From assembly GCF_009914755.1 (NCBI RefSeq), contig NC_060933.1: a stretch of DNA of 64,000 nucleotides; one strand, given 5' to 3'. Origin of the DNA: the human T2T-CHM13v2.0 reference genome, Homo sapiens. Below the pieces are notes generated by a model. That model did not search any database and was not told the origin of the DNA. It saw only the letters and a program-made list of their open reading frames with translations. Positions 39,418 to 51,646 of the stretch are shown piece after piece (the stretch's first letter is position 1; every line of letters begins with the position of its first letter). The position numbers and the translations under genes are program-made.

Positions 39418-40229
39418 CCCTCCTGGGAATTTTATAAAAGACTTCCTTATTTATTGTAAAGTAAATGTATTATGTTCTCCTGGTTATAAAGCCAGTAAGG
39501 ACCTAACAAATACAAAGAAGAACAAGAAGAAAATAAAAAACATCCTTAATTCTATCACCTAGAGATACCCACCCTTACATATATCCTTCTTTTCTTTCCT
39601 TTTTTTGTGAATAATATTAAATATTGCTGCTATGGTTTCCTTCCCGTCCGTGGCTGACTGCACACGCCTCACTCAGCCAGGCCTCGGTGGCCCATGCAGT
39701 GGGAACCCTTTTGCTAATGACAAAGTGAAGGATCAGAGAGGTGAAGTGCTTTGCCAAGGTCACTCAACTTGAGAGTGACAAATGATTTATGCGCTCAGCT
39801 AACTTGAGTGACGGCAAGATGGGCAGGGCCGGTGTGCTGCTGAGGTTTCCATTCAGGTGATGGAGGTGGACCTATCTGCCCGGCCCCAGTGCTCCTCACC
39901 TCTCCCTCTACCTCTGAGGTACCCCACCCGGCTTTCTTAGGGATGTGTGCAAAGTGGGGACTTGTATGTGTCGTCCCCTTGATGCTCTCCTGTGAGCCCT
40001 GCCCGTACCACCCTCAAACAACAGGGTTGATTTTAAGGCCCCAGGGCAGCCCATCGGGTGAATGGGTCTCAGATCTTCAACTGTGGGCCCCGGGCATATG
40101 GAGACACAGGGGTTCATTTTGGGTTCCCTATGGGCAGTGGCCACCTTGCCACCGGCCCTCTAAGGTTGGCTGAAACTCTGTGACATCATGACAGGCTCAT
40201 TCTTCCCAGTGCGGGGCCCACACAGGGTG

Positions 40230-40390
40230 TCAGAGCCCCTCACAGCCCTAGGGCCCATCTGCCAAATAAGGAAAGAGGCTCAGGGAGACGCCATCGCTTG
40301 CTCAAGGTCACAGGGCCGTGGAGGTAAGAGTCACCCTGGTCTTTCTGAGTCATGCACCTGTGTCCCTGACCTTCCATTGGCTTCTAGAGT
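40230..40390 (-). mobile_element. MIR fragment
   Basis: aaataaggaaagaggctcaggga...cttgctcaaggtcacag. Confidence 0.6.
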
Positions 40391-40710
40391 GAGGGCTTCC
40401 ATTCACCCTCAGCTGTCAGTGGCCCACGATCCAGGGATGTCCTGCAGGGAGTGGGCCGTGCCAGGCACGATGCCATAAGAACAGGGACAGTTGGCAGATG
40501 GTGGGGGCGAAGGTGGTTCTGGGGCCTCACTGTGCTGTGTGGCTAATGGAGGTGGGGTCATAGCAATGCGAAAAATCAAAGACAGTGATTGACAGATATA
40601 GCATCTACTTTCTCCTGCACACGTCTGGGCTGAAAGCTTCTTGACGTGGTCCTCCTCTGACAGCAGCTGTGATTCTGATCTCACCGATTCACACTTGCAC
40701 ACACTCACAC

Positions 40711-40881
40711 ACTCATCCAATAGTCATTACGTCCCTGCCATGTGCAAGACACTGTGTCAAGCCCTGGAGGAGCAGTGGGGAGAACTACATACAGCTACCG
40801 CCCCTGCCCTCATCAATCTTCCAATCTAAGGGAAGAAAAATAACAAAGGCTGATGAGCCTCCCGACAGGGAAAGGACCAAC
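40711..40881 (+). repeat. 171-bp direct duplication, copy 2, embedded in CA-rich tract
   Basis: See 37655-37825. Confidence 0.93.
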
Positions 40882-41439
40882 CTCACCCTCACATACACAT
40901 ACTCACACCTAAGCGCTTGTGTGCAGACACTCACAACACCCTCACACATGCACGCACACTCGTGTGAACATGTGCATACTCTTCTCCACTGACACTGGCT
41001 CACACCCATGCACACACGTGTGCACCCATACACTCACACGTGCACACACGTCTTCCCTAGGCACGCGGCCATTGCCCACATTTGGTTTCTGGTGGGCGTT
41101 TTCTGTCTACCTTTCTGTCCCTCTCTTCCCACTTTCTGTCTCTGTGGCTCACGATGCCTCATCTTTCTACTTTTCTTTATTTCCCACTCTTTCGTTCCCT
41201 TTCACCCTCTCTTCTGTTTCTTTCTCCCTCTTTGCATTTGCATGTCTCTTTTTCTTTATGTCTTTCTCTCTTCACGCTACATCTCTTTCTTCCTTCCCTG
41301 CCTCCCACTCTGCCTGAGATCGCTCTGTCTCCTTGACCCCAGTGCTGGCCCCCTGGTGTCCCATGGGCTTGGAGAGGCAGCCAGGGCCAGCTGGGGCCAG
41401 GCCGGCTGGCGCCCCCACCACCACCCCCTCCCAGCACAT

Positions 41440-41950
41440 GGAAAGGTGGCTCTTTCCGCTCTGCCTGGCGTGGGTGCGGTGATTTCATCTGCCTTTGGAT
41501 ATGAAGCTCAAATTGCACATCAAAAAGGATAATGCATCTTTAAGCTGTTACAACGACTTCTCAATTTTTCATTTCCTGTCAGGGTGGGAGCTGCAGGAGG
41601 CAGGGGCGGCCGCGGAGCCTGTCTCCTGCCAGTGAAGTGTCTGCCTGGATTTGAGCAGTAGGAAACCCAGGGGTGATAAATCGCTATTTCTAAGTAAATT
41701 TCATGCATTTGCCCTTTGGTTAAAGTCTCCCCTCTCAGCACTTTCCCCGTGCACACAGCCCGACTAATAACGCGCCGTGCAAGCTCTCTCCGCTGTGACA
41801 ACTGATTGCACTTTGAAGTAATAATGGCTGATTTAATAATTGGTATAATTTTTCACTAGTACCTGAATGTCATCGACGCACAAAATAAGCTACCTGGACC
41901 CATGGCTGCAGCACTTTCCCTTCTTGGGGAAATCAATAATGCATTAAACC
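41440..41950. promoter_or_regulatory. Candidate conserved enhancer
   Basis: Repeat-free, CpG-retaining (NotI site 41606-41613); ACATCAAA, CTTTGAA, TAATTG/TAATGG and AATCAATA motifs. Confidence 0.6.
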
Positions 41951-42438
41951 CCCAACCCAGGACCCCAAGAGGCCAGACCCTAGTGGAGGCTGTTATAGGG
42001 GGAGGTTTGGGGTCTCTCCATGGAGGCTTAATGGCAGGAAAGCTAGACAGAGGCTTTCAGATAGGCTAGGTCCCTAAGCCCAGCCAGGCTGCAGGAGAAG
42101 AGACCGAGAGCCGTGAATCTCCCCCAGACCCAGCTCACCCTCTAGGTTCCACCTTGGCAGCTTCTGTCTCCACCCGTGAAAGTCCCCTGAAACCCCCACT
42201 GGGGACTGCAGAGATGAAACCACCTCTCCGCCAGCATCAGCCGCCATGCACACAAACCACATGTGCATGTGTCTGTGTTTCCGTGTGGGAATTGAGTTCA
42301 ACTTCATCATTATTTAGACAGGCCCTGTTATGAGCCAGGATCTGTGCTGGTGACAGAGTGGTGAGCAAGACAGACATAGTCGCTGCCCCCAAAGAGACTG
42401 TGACCTCTTAGAGAGTGTGAGCATGCGTGTATGCGCTG

Positions 42439-42482
42439 ACATGCGCGCGCGCGCGCACACACACACACACACACACGTGCGT
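42439..42482. repeat. (GC)7(AC)10 alternating purine-pyrimidine tract
   Basis: Direct read. Confidence 0.95.
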
Positions 42483-43329
42483 CTAGCTGTCTCTGTCCAT
42501 ACGGTATGTGTTGTGTGTCTGTATTTATAAACGTGTGTGTCTGTCTAGGTCTGTGTGTTCAGGTGATGTGTGAGGGTGTCTGTGTGAAGATCAGGGTGTG
42601 AGTGGCCCCTCACTCTGCCTGGCTGGGCCTTGAGAACATGTCCCTTCCTAGACCTAAGGCCAGGCTACTTCTCCAAGTTGAATTGGGCAGGGGGCAGCAG
42701 GGAAGAGACCCTGGCACTGCCAAGGTCCAGTCCACCCACGCCTCCTCATGGCTCCCTGAGCTCTCCCTATTGTACCCTCCTGCCTGGCTTCTGCCCAAGC
42801 CACCTGCCTGGACAGAATACCCCTCCATGCAAAGCACACAAACTCTGCAGTCACATCTGGATCCTGTCCTCCGAAAAGTCAGACACACATAGCTCTGAGG
42901 CCATTTCCTCATCTGAAAAGAGGGCACAAGAATCCCTGACTCCCGGTTCTGTGTAGCATCATGGATGCAGCCTTCTTAACCCATGCCTGGACATAGACAG
43001 TCCTCCACAAACATTAGCTCCTCACTCTCCATCCTGTTCACAGTCACCTCCTGTGAGTTCCCTGAGGACAGGCCATGGCACGTAGCAGGCACACAGTGAA
43101 TATCTGTTAAACAGATGTGTGGGCTGGTTTGTCAACCATTAACATAGACTTGGAAAAACCAAAGAGCTTCGGTCATGCCTGCCTTTGAGGTGATGGGGCT
43201 GGGGCAACCTCTCACCCACTGTGCAGTTTGTCAGAGTTTTGCAGGAGCGGGGGGGTCCTTGTCCCAGCAGAGCTGGAGCCCAGACAGGCCTGGATGTCCC
43301 ATCTCCCCCAGCTCTCTCCCCTCCCACCC

Positions 43330-43600
43330 GCCGCTGTCTGGCTGTGAACCGGGAAATCGATTTCAACTTCATCTCATCTCAAGATCAAACGTCTTAAGTG
43401 AGATTATTCACGTTCCTCCATTGTTTCTAACTCATTTCCTATTTTCCAGTTGAAAAACCCTGCCAGAAGCATTCTGTGGCAGAGATTAAAACAATTTCAG
43501 AAGCAGGCACCCAATCCTTCTCTTTGGATAGTAAGCAAATTGGATGTCTGTGAGAAGCCGGCAAATTTTATTATGAACACATAGTTTGCTACTTAACTAT
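43330..43600. promoter_or_regulatory. Candidate enhancer
   Basis: Repeat-free island with gaaatcgatttc palindrome, AGATCAAA, CCATTGTT, AACAAT and GATTA. Confidence 0.45.
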
Positions 43601-43789
43601 CCTTAAGACCCCGGGTGCTGTGAGGCCCCAGCAGGAGGGCTCCAGAGGGGGCAAGATGAAAGGTAGGGAGGGAGTGGGGGTGCAGCAGACCCCCAACTGG
43701 GCCCCCAGCCCTTTCCTGCAAAGTGTGAACATCGGATCGCCATCCACAGCTCGGTTTCCTGGGGAAAAGGGAGGGAACCCACATGTTCT

Positions 43790-43995
43790 GGTACTCACCA
43801 GGCCCAGGCACCACGCTAGGCACTTCAAATGCCTGATTGCTCCGAATCGCCACAAAACTCTCGGGGAGCTGGAATTGCTTTGACCGTGTTGTAGATGAGG
43901 AAACAGACTCAGAGAAGAGAAGACATTGCCCAAGCTCTCCCAGCAAGCGGTTAGCGAGTGGGAATTAGAGTCCAGCTCATGTTCTTAACCATCAC
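43790..43995 (-). mobile_element. MIR
   Basis: gtagatgaggaaacagactcagagaag...ttgcccaag. Confidence 0.75.
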
Positions 43996-44486
43996 TGTGG
44001 GAGATTATTGCAAAAATGGCTGTAATTCTCACCTCTCCTTGCATCCCCAGAGTGGAGAGTCTAGTTCCCTATCCCTGGATCCTGGGTTGGCTTTGGGCAG
44101 TAGAACGTGGGGGAAGAGCCGTGTGCTAGGTGCAAGCTTAGGCCTCAAAAAAGTCTTGCACACATTTGTGCTCTCTCTCTCTCATTATTCTGCCCAGTTG
44201 CTGTGTGGACAAGCTCAGGCCAGCCTGCAGTGGGCAAGAGACCACTGGCGCAGAGCTCAGTTGTCTTAGCTGGGGACATCCTGTCACCCAATCCTCAGAC
44301 ATGTGAGAGAGCCCAGTCAGGAGAGCAGAGCTGTGGAGCCAACCCTCAACTGAACATAAATGCATGAATGACCCCAGCTGAGACCAGAAGAACCACCCAG
44401 CTGGTCAATAGAAATGCGAACAAAGATAAAGTCTTATTGTTTTAAGTGACTATAAATGACCATAAAGTCATACAACAGCTGATACA
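43996..44486 (+). mobile_element. MLT1 (G/H-like) LTR
   Basis: tgtgggagattattgcaaaaatggc...agaccagaagaaccacccagctg...gctgataca. Confidence 0.75.
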
Positions 44487-44810
44487 ACCACCGACGAGTC
44501 CGAGGACCTGGGATCAGACTCCCAGATTTTCTCCCTCGGTCCCCCAGGCCCACATTGCATATTTACTTTGTGCCTGCTCTGCGGTAACTGATATGGGGGG
44601 TGGGGGGTGGATCTGGTTGCTGTTCCCACTGCTTGGTGCATGTGACAAAGATACAGGCTTGCCGCCCTCAGGCCCTGGCACTTCCCCTGACTGCTTCATC
44701 CTGCTACTGTCCTTAAACTTGTCAGCCTTTTCCATTAGACTCCTTAATGCCAACAAAATGATAGGGTCATTTAATGATCACCTACTATGTGCTGTGTTTT
44801 GTACCCAGCA

Positions 44811-45100
44811 TTTCCTTCCTTCCTTCCTTCCTTCCTTCCCTCTCTCCCTCCCCTTCCCTCTTTCTTTCTTTCTTTTTCTTTCTTTCTTTTTCTCTCTTTC
44901 TTCTTTCTTTTTCATTCTTTCTTTTTCTTTCTTTTCTTTCTCTTTCTTCTTTTTCTTTCTCTTTCTTCTTTCTCTTTCTTCTTTCTTTCTTCTCTTTGTT
45001 TCTTCTCTTTCTTTCTTTTCTTTCTTCTCTCTCTTTCTTTCTTTCTTCTCTTTCTTTCTCTTTCTTCTTTCTTTCTTTCTTTTTCTTTCTTTTTTTTCTT
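44811..45100 (+). repeat. 290-bp polypyrimidine (TTCC/TTTC) tract, expanded Alu tail
   Basis: Only two purines (44914, 44998). Confidence 0.97.
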
Positions 45101-45272
45101 GAGAGTCTTGTTCTGTCACCCAGTCTGGAGTGCAGTGGTGTGATCTTGGCTCACTGCAGCCTTGACCTCCTGGGCTCAAGTGGTCCTCCCAGGCTCAAGT
45201 GGTCCTCCCACCTCAGCCTCCCGAGATGTTGGGACTACAGGTGCCTGACACCTTGCCCAGCTAATTTTTGTA

Positions 45273-45306
<34 letters not shown>

Positions 45307-45425
45307 ATAGAGACGGCGATTTGCCATGTTGTCCAGGCTAATTTGGAACTCTTGGGCTCAAGCGATTTGCCCACCTCGGCCTCCCAAAGTGCTGGGATTA
45401 CAGGCGCGAGTCACCGCGGCCAGCC
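45101..45425 (-). mobile_element. AluJ inserted in a MIR, with internal 19-bp tandem duplication
   Basis: Reverse dimer; degenerate TSD tgtacccagcattt/tgtgcgcagcattt. Confidence 0.95.
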
Positions 45426-45719
45426 TGTGCGCAGCATTTTCTTTGCATATCTCACTGCATCCCCATCACAGTCTTATTACTTCCCATTTTATAGATCAAG
45501 GTGCTGAGGCTCAGTAATGTGTCCCCTAAACAGTATGTGGTGGAGGTGGGATGGAATCCAGGCCTGTACTTTTGTCTGCCTGACCTCTTATAGGCTGAAA
45601 ACCTCCTTCTAAGTCCTGGGGTCTTCTCTGAATCCGGGTCATAGAAGCTCCAGTCCTGCATCTTTTCGAGGCAGCATTTCTCAGATCCTGAGCCTCCATG
45701 TGTCAGGGGCATGGTCTAG

Positions 45720-46121
<402 letters not shown>

Positions 46122-46839
46122 AGGAAAATCTCTTCACCTCTCTGGGCCTCACCTTCCAAGTCCACCCAATGGGCTGAGAACTGCTACCTCAGGGCCTCCA
46201 TCTGGGGAGAGGTGGGTGAGAGGATGGCGTGGGCTTTCCAGGTTTGGACTGTCTGACTGAGGTGGGAGAGATGTGGTTCCTGGGGAGGAGGAGGTCTGGG
46301 CTGAGGAGGAGCCTGGGGTGGGTGGAGTCCGCAAGGTCTGGAAGGGCGGGGGAGCCAGAATGTTGACCAGGCACCATTTCTAAGCCAGGGCCTAGGCCCA
46401 GACAGGGGCTGTTATCATCCCCGTCACACAGATGTGAGGTGTCATGAAGTAACCACCTCTTTCAGCTGCTTCTCCCCTTTTCCTCCTCACAGAACCATCC
46501 CAGGTCTCAGACTGGCCCCAGAGCCCGGGTGTCCCCGCCTGTGGTGGCCCCAGCTTCTGAGCCAGCTGTGTCATAGGGTCCTTCCCAGTCTCGCCCACCA
46601 CCAGCTGCTTTGGGCCACAGGGAGCACGTGCCTGGGGCTCTGTGTGACCCCTGGCTCTGTTTCCCTCCCAGAGGGGGCTGCTAGGCTCTATCTGTGTGAA
46701 GGTCATGCTATGCAGGCTTTGGCTGGTAAGCTCCTGGCTGGAGCGACCCCCCGCCCTGGCTTCAGCCCTCCCTGCCAGGTAAGAGGAACCGGCCCCAGTG
46801 ATTAGAAGCTGGCGGGGAGCATGGGAGAGGCTCCACTGA

Positions 46840-47080
46840 AGGGAGGCACAGTGGTCAAGGGCACAGGTTCTGCAGCTGGGGGGTCATCCTGGCTGTACGC
46901 TGCAGCTGTGTGACCTCAAGCTCATGACTCCACCTCTGAGCCTCAGCCTCCTCAGCTGTGGAGGGTGCTGGGGAGACCCTCGCCTCCCATGGTTGTTAGC
47001 ATGAACTGAGGCGATGCATGTGGGTGCTGAGCACGAAGCCTGGTGCATGGTCAACCCTCAGCGAATGCATCTAGCTACCC
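46840..47080 (+). mobile_element. MIR
   Basis: gctgtgtgacctcaag...cacctctgagcctcagcctcctcagctgtg. Confidence 0.7.
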
Positions 47081-47579
47081 TCCTCCCTTTCCAGAAGCTG
47101 CAGCGCCAAGGGTGGAGTGCTGGGGCCAGGACGGGGAGGGCCAGGGCCAAGGAGATGGGCTCTAGGGACAAGACAGATAGGAGCTGAAGGGGCCCTCAGG
47201 CGCGGGGACCCTGAACCCCCCAGGGTGACAGGAGACCAGCGTGGCCCTCACCAGCCAGCATCAGGTTCGTCATTTTCTTCTCCTGTCCTCTCAAGACTGG
47301 AGGTTCCCCCAGGCAGAGCCTGGTCTGCTCTGTCTCAGTGCCCCAGCACCCAAAGGAAAATCAATGACTTGCTCAGTCTTGGGTGTTGGCAATGAATGGT
47401 GTCACTGTCCTATCTTGGTTGAGGGGGAATCCATTCATCAGCTTGGAGGGTACCACACCCTGGCGCTGAGTGTGTGTGGCTTTAGCTGAGGGGATCAGGG
47501 ACGCTCTGCAGGGAATTCAGAGCTGGCGTCTGCGTTGGGCAGGGACCCAGCTCTTTTTCCAAGTGGGATGAATTTGAGA

Positions 47580-47790
47580 TCACAATAATAACAACTCCTA
47601 TCTATTGAGACCTTACTCTGTGCCAGGCACCATAAGTGGAGCCTTGCCCTCATGCCTCCTTCTAGAAACTTCCATATGATTTCCATTTTCAGACAAAGAC
47701 ACCGAGGCTCAGGGAAGGTGAGCAACTCACTTAAGGTCACCAAAGGCAGAGCTGGGACTTGCCCAAGATCAGTCTGGCTCCAGTACTGCG
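47580..47790 (-). mobile_element. MIR
   Basis: tattgagaccttactctgtgccaggcac...gaggctcagggaaggtgagcaactcacttaaggtcac. Confidence 0.85.
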
Positions 47791-47998
47791 GATATTCCTT
47801 CTTTTCAGTGCAGCCCCCTCTCCAAGCTGTTGAATGGAGTCCCCCCCAACCGAGATAGGAGACTGATGCCACTCACTGCCACCACCCAAGACTGAGAAAA
47901 TCATTTATTTTCCCTGTCTATAAAACGTTTCACAAAGTAACAAAAAGTGTAATGTGCAAGATCTTCAGAATGACCTTTAGAAGAAGTGACCACACCTT

Positions 47999-48170
47999 AG
48001 TGGTTCTTACCCTTGGCTGCCCATGGGCGTCACGTGGGAGTGTTAAAAAGCTCTGAAGCCCCGGCCTCACCCCCAACCAGTGACGTCAGACTCCCTGGGG
48101 TGTGTGGCCCAGCATGGTGTGTTTCAAAGCTCTTGAGTGGTCCCTGTGGGCAGCTGGGGCCGGAAACTGA
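47999..48170. mobile_element. MER5A-like hAT MITE
   Basis: agtggttcttacccttggctgc...tcagactccctgggg...ggcccagcat. Confidence 0.65.
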
Positions 48171-48198
48171 AGCCCAATGTGTCTAAGCTGCATGCGTC

Positions 48199-48502
48199 TT
48201 TTTTTTTTTTTTTTTTTTTTTGAGACAGAGTCTCACTCTATTGTCCAGACTGGAGTGCAGTGGCACAATCCGGCTCACTGCAACCTCCGCCTCCTGGGTT
48301 CAAGCAATTCTCTTGCCTCAGCCTCCTGAGTAGCTGGGACTACAGGCGCCCGCCACCACGCCTGGCTAATTTTTGTATTTTTAGTAGAGATGGGGTTTTA
48401 CCATGTTGGCCAGACTGGGTTCGAACTCCTGACCTCAGATGATCTGCCTGCCTCAGCCTCCCAAAGTGCTGGGATTGCAGGCGTGAGCCACCGCGCCTGG
48501 CC
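48199..48502 (-). mobile_element. AluSx-like
   Basis: Reverse dimer; TSD tgcatgcgtcttt/tgtatgtgtcttt. Confidence 0.96.
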
Positions 48503-50329
48503 TGTATGTGTCTTTCTTGCGTACCCTGATGGCTTCAATTCTCAGGTTAGCTTAAAGCCATTCTCATCCCAATTTAATTGAAGACCCTTGGTGAGTCCCT
48601 TAAACCCTCATGTGGAATCAAAATGTTGTGCTGTGGGGAGATGGCCTGAGGTTCTAGAACTCCCTGGCACTAGACCGTCCTTCAACAGGGCTTTTCCAAG
48701 CCCGTTTGCCCCCGGGCCCCTTTATCCCAGCTTTCTTTTGCCATCATTGTAACAGTCATCAACACAGCCCAGCCTGCTAATGAGTAGCCCCATCTGGGCA
48801 CAGTCAGAGGAGAAAGGGTCTCTGCCCTCCAGGGACCAACGCCTGTCTGGGGAGGCAGCAATCCAGACTCGGATGAAGCCCTGGACCCCTCCTGAACCCC
48901 ACGGCTGCCGGGGAGGTGGGGTGACTTCATCTCCACACTCTGGATCTTCCCGGGCGGTTCCCTTAGCAACAGGGCCTTGCTTTGACAGCCGCCTTCGCAG
49001 ACAGTCTGCTTTCCGGGAGGCTCTTTCCACCAACCCCATCCTCTCTTCCAGTGGAAATTTTTGCAGGGGCTTCAAGCAGAGGCTCAAAGCAGGCCCTTCC
49101 TGACCTGTGGGGCGTCAGGCTGCCCCTGGACCCTACAGCCTTCCTGGACTGTTCACCAACGTCCCATACACAGGGCCTGCTCGTTCCTCCGGCTTCCCAC
49201 TTCCTCCTGTTCCTGCAGGTCCTAATGAATTCAGTCTTGCTCTTCTACCCGCCCCCCACCGCTGCCTCCTTGCTTTTTCTACCTCCCGACTTTCTCTTCC
49301 CCCGACACACCTGTGCCCCACCTGCCTCTCACCCGCACATGAGCAGTTAAAGCGTCTGCGCTGACATTTAATGTTCTTAATATAGGCCTTGGTGACAGAG
49401 GGAAGCGGGCACAGAGTCCCCTGCTGGGCAGGGGGCTTTTCATCCCCTCTGCATGGGCATGGAGACCTTCCCTCCCCCAGTCAGAGGACAGGATGGCTTC
49501 AGTGGGGCCCACAGCTGCAGGCATTGCTGGCGACCATGTACTGAGCCCTGTGCAGGGAGCCTCTGGCCCCACAATAACAACTAATAGTATTCCCATTTCA
49601 CAGGCTAGAGAATGCAGCTTCAGAGAGGTTAGCTAGCTTACTTAAGACCATCAGTTAATAATTGGGGACATCGGTAGTGACAAATATGAAATATTTTTGT
49701 CTCTGAGCACCCACCCAGTGGAAAAGCTGGACACCCCATGCCCCCGAGAGGGTCCTCATCAAAACTTGCAAAGGAGGGAGTTTAAGCTCAGCATCCACCT
49801 ATAACCACAGTGCAGTGTGCTGGGGGAGCCTGGCCCAGGGCACCCAGTTGCCATGTGGTTTGCAAACAGCCAGCTGCTGCCGCCAGCTCTAACCCTGCCT
49901 CCGGTGCCCTCTCTTTATTGTCCTTCTGTTGGCTGCTGTCACTGATGTGGTGGGAAGAGGACTCCTCTATCAGCCCCCTAAAACATGGCCTGTGGGCAGC
50001 GGTGATGAGTTTGGGGTGAGTTTTCTGGCTGATGAGTTAGAGAACAATGGAACGATTCGTCCTTGGTTCACTCCTCGAAGAACCTCTTTCCACCAACCCA
50101 TAAACTTAGGGCAGAGGCCAAGCAACTCGGTGTGGAAGGCAAGTGGTCTTGCTTCTTATTCCAGAGCCGTAATCTCATTGCTCTGGCTTGAATGAAAATC
50201 CCAGGTCACCATCGTTCATCACCATTATTTCTCCCCAAAGGTCCATGGATTGCCATTTCAAATATCTGCTCTGGGCTTGGAGAGACCTGGGAGTCCATAG
50301 TGCAGAGGGGAAGCTTGACACCTGGGAGG

Positions 50330-51170
50330 TGGTGACTCCCTTGAGCGCAAGTCTAGGGGAGAGGGACACTGGGGAGGGATTCTGAGGGACACTGAGATGG
50401 GCTGGAAGAGGCCAGAAGAGGAGGCTCGGTGGCAGGGAAGGTGGAGAAAGTCCAAGGACGTGGAGTCAGGAAGGCAGAGGATGTCTCACTGGAGAGGGCT
50501 GGGAACTGGGTCAGGAGCTGCCATGTTGGGAAGGTGAGGGCTACGAAGCAGTGACCGCATTTAGTGACAGGTACATCATTGTTGATCTTGTTGGACGTTG
50601 TTTCAGTAAAGAATTGGAAAAAGAAGCCAGATTTAAGCAGGTCAAGGAATCCATGGGAGACAAGAGAACAGAGCAGACAATTCTTTGGGGAATCCTGACT
50701 GTGAGGTCCCATACAGACATACAGAGAGGCTGAAGGTGAGGAATTGGTTTTGTTTGCTTGTTTTCGGGGTAGAGAGAGACTCGAGCATGTTTAGATGTTG
50801 ATGAGAAGTCTCCAGCAGAGAGGGAAGGGATGGCTGGTTGGCCTTGGTCCCCAGAGGTGGAGGCAGCCAGCAGCTGGAATACTGGTACTGATGCAGGATT
50901 CATTCTATAGAAGTCCCAGTCTCCTCCACCAACCAAGAGGGAATGAAGTGATGGGGAGTGCTGATGGAGATGAGCCTGCACGTTCAATGGGGAGGGAGCG
51001 CTATGGCATCATCCTCTAACAGACAGGGAGAGGATGGTGAGCGGGGGAGGTTTGAGGAGAGCAGGGAAGGTTGGCAAGAATGCAGGCCAGGACAGAGAGC
51101 TGACCAGGGGAAGAACTGCTAGGCAACGATGGGAACCGTTAGAGGCTGGGGATCCATGAAGTTATCACGG
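50330..51170 (-). mobile_element. LINE-2 internal fragment
   Basis: catttagtgacagg...gttgtttcagtaaagaattgg...gaagccagatttaagcagg. Confidence 0.65.
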
Positions 51171-51214
51171 CATCAACTGTTTAGCCAATCCTTTGTGATG
51201 TTCTATATTCCGAC

Positions 51215-51460
51215 TTTTTGTATTAGTCAAATAAATTTGGGAAATATGTTGTATTTCCCATATAACATATTGGTATAATATGTTATACTAATAACAAGAT
51301 TGGTTAAGCCAACTATGTTGCATCAATATGATGAAATGTTGGATTTCTCAGAGACTTTGATATGCTCATGTATGTTGTAACCTGCAGAATTGGCAGGTCC
51401 AATTTTATCTTTGACCACAGTATTTTTTCCTCACAGACCATCTCATGGTCTAGTGTTCTA
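51215..51460. mobile_element. MER103-like hAT element with internal templated insertion
   Basis: gtcaaataaatttgggaaat...ggatttctcagagactttgatatgctcatgt...tttgaccac. Confidence 0.55.
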
Positions 51461-51462
51461 TT

Positions 51463-51646
51463 CAGTGGTGTGCTCGAGCTGGCTCATGAGAGCAAAGGTA
51501 TGCATCTGTTTTTAATTTCTTGTCCAGTGACATCGGTGTGGCTTGACATCAGCCATGGTAGCAGTGTTTAGACCACAGAAATGGGCAAGTGCTACAAATC
51601 AGGGTTATTTCTCCTGGACAGCTGGTTGTTAAACACTTACCATTGC
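51463..51646. mobile_element. MER63A-like hAT-Blackjack MITE
   Basis: cagtggtgtgctcgagctggctc...gctacaaatcaggg...gctggttgttaaacacttacca. Confidence 0.7.

Noticed and set aside
44446-45310. F/S/L-rich and K/R/E-rich ORFs
   Set aside because: Translations of the polypyrimidine microsatellite and Alu
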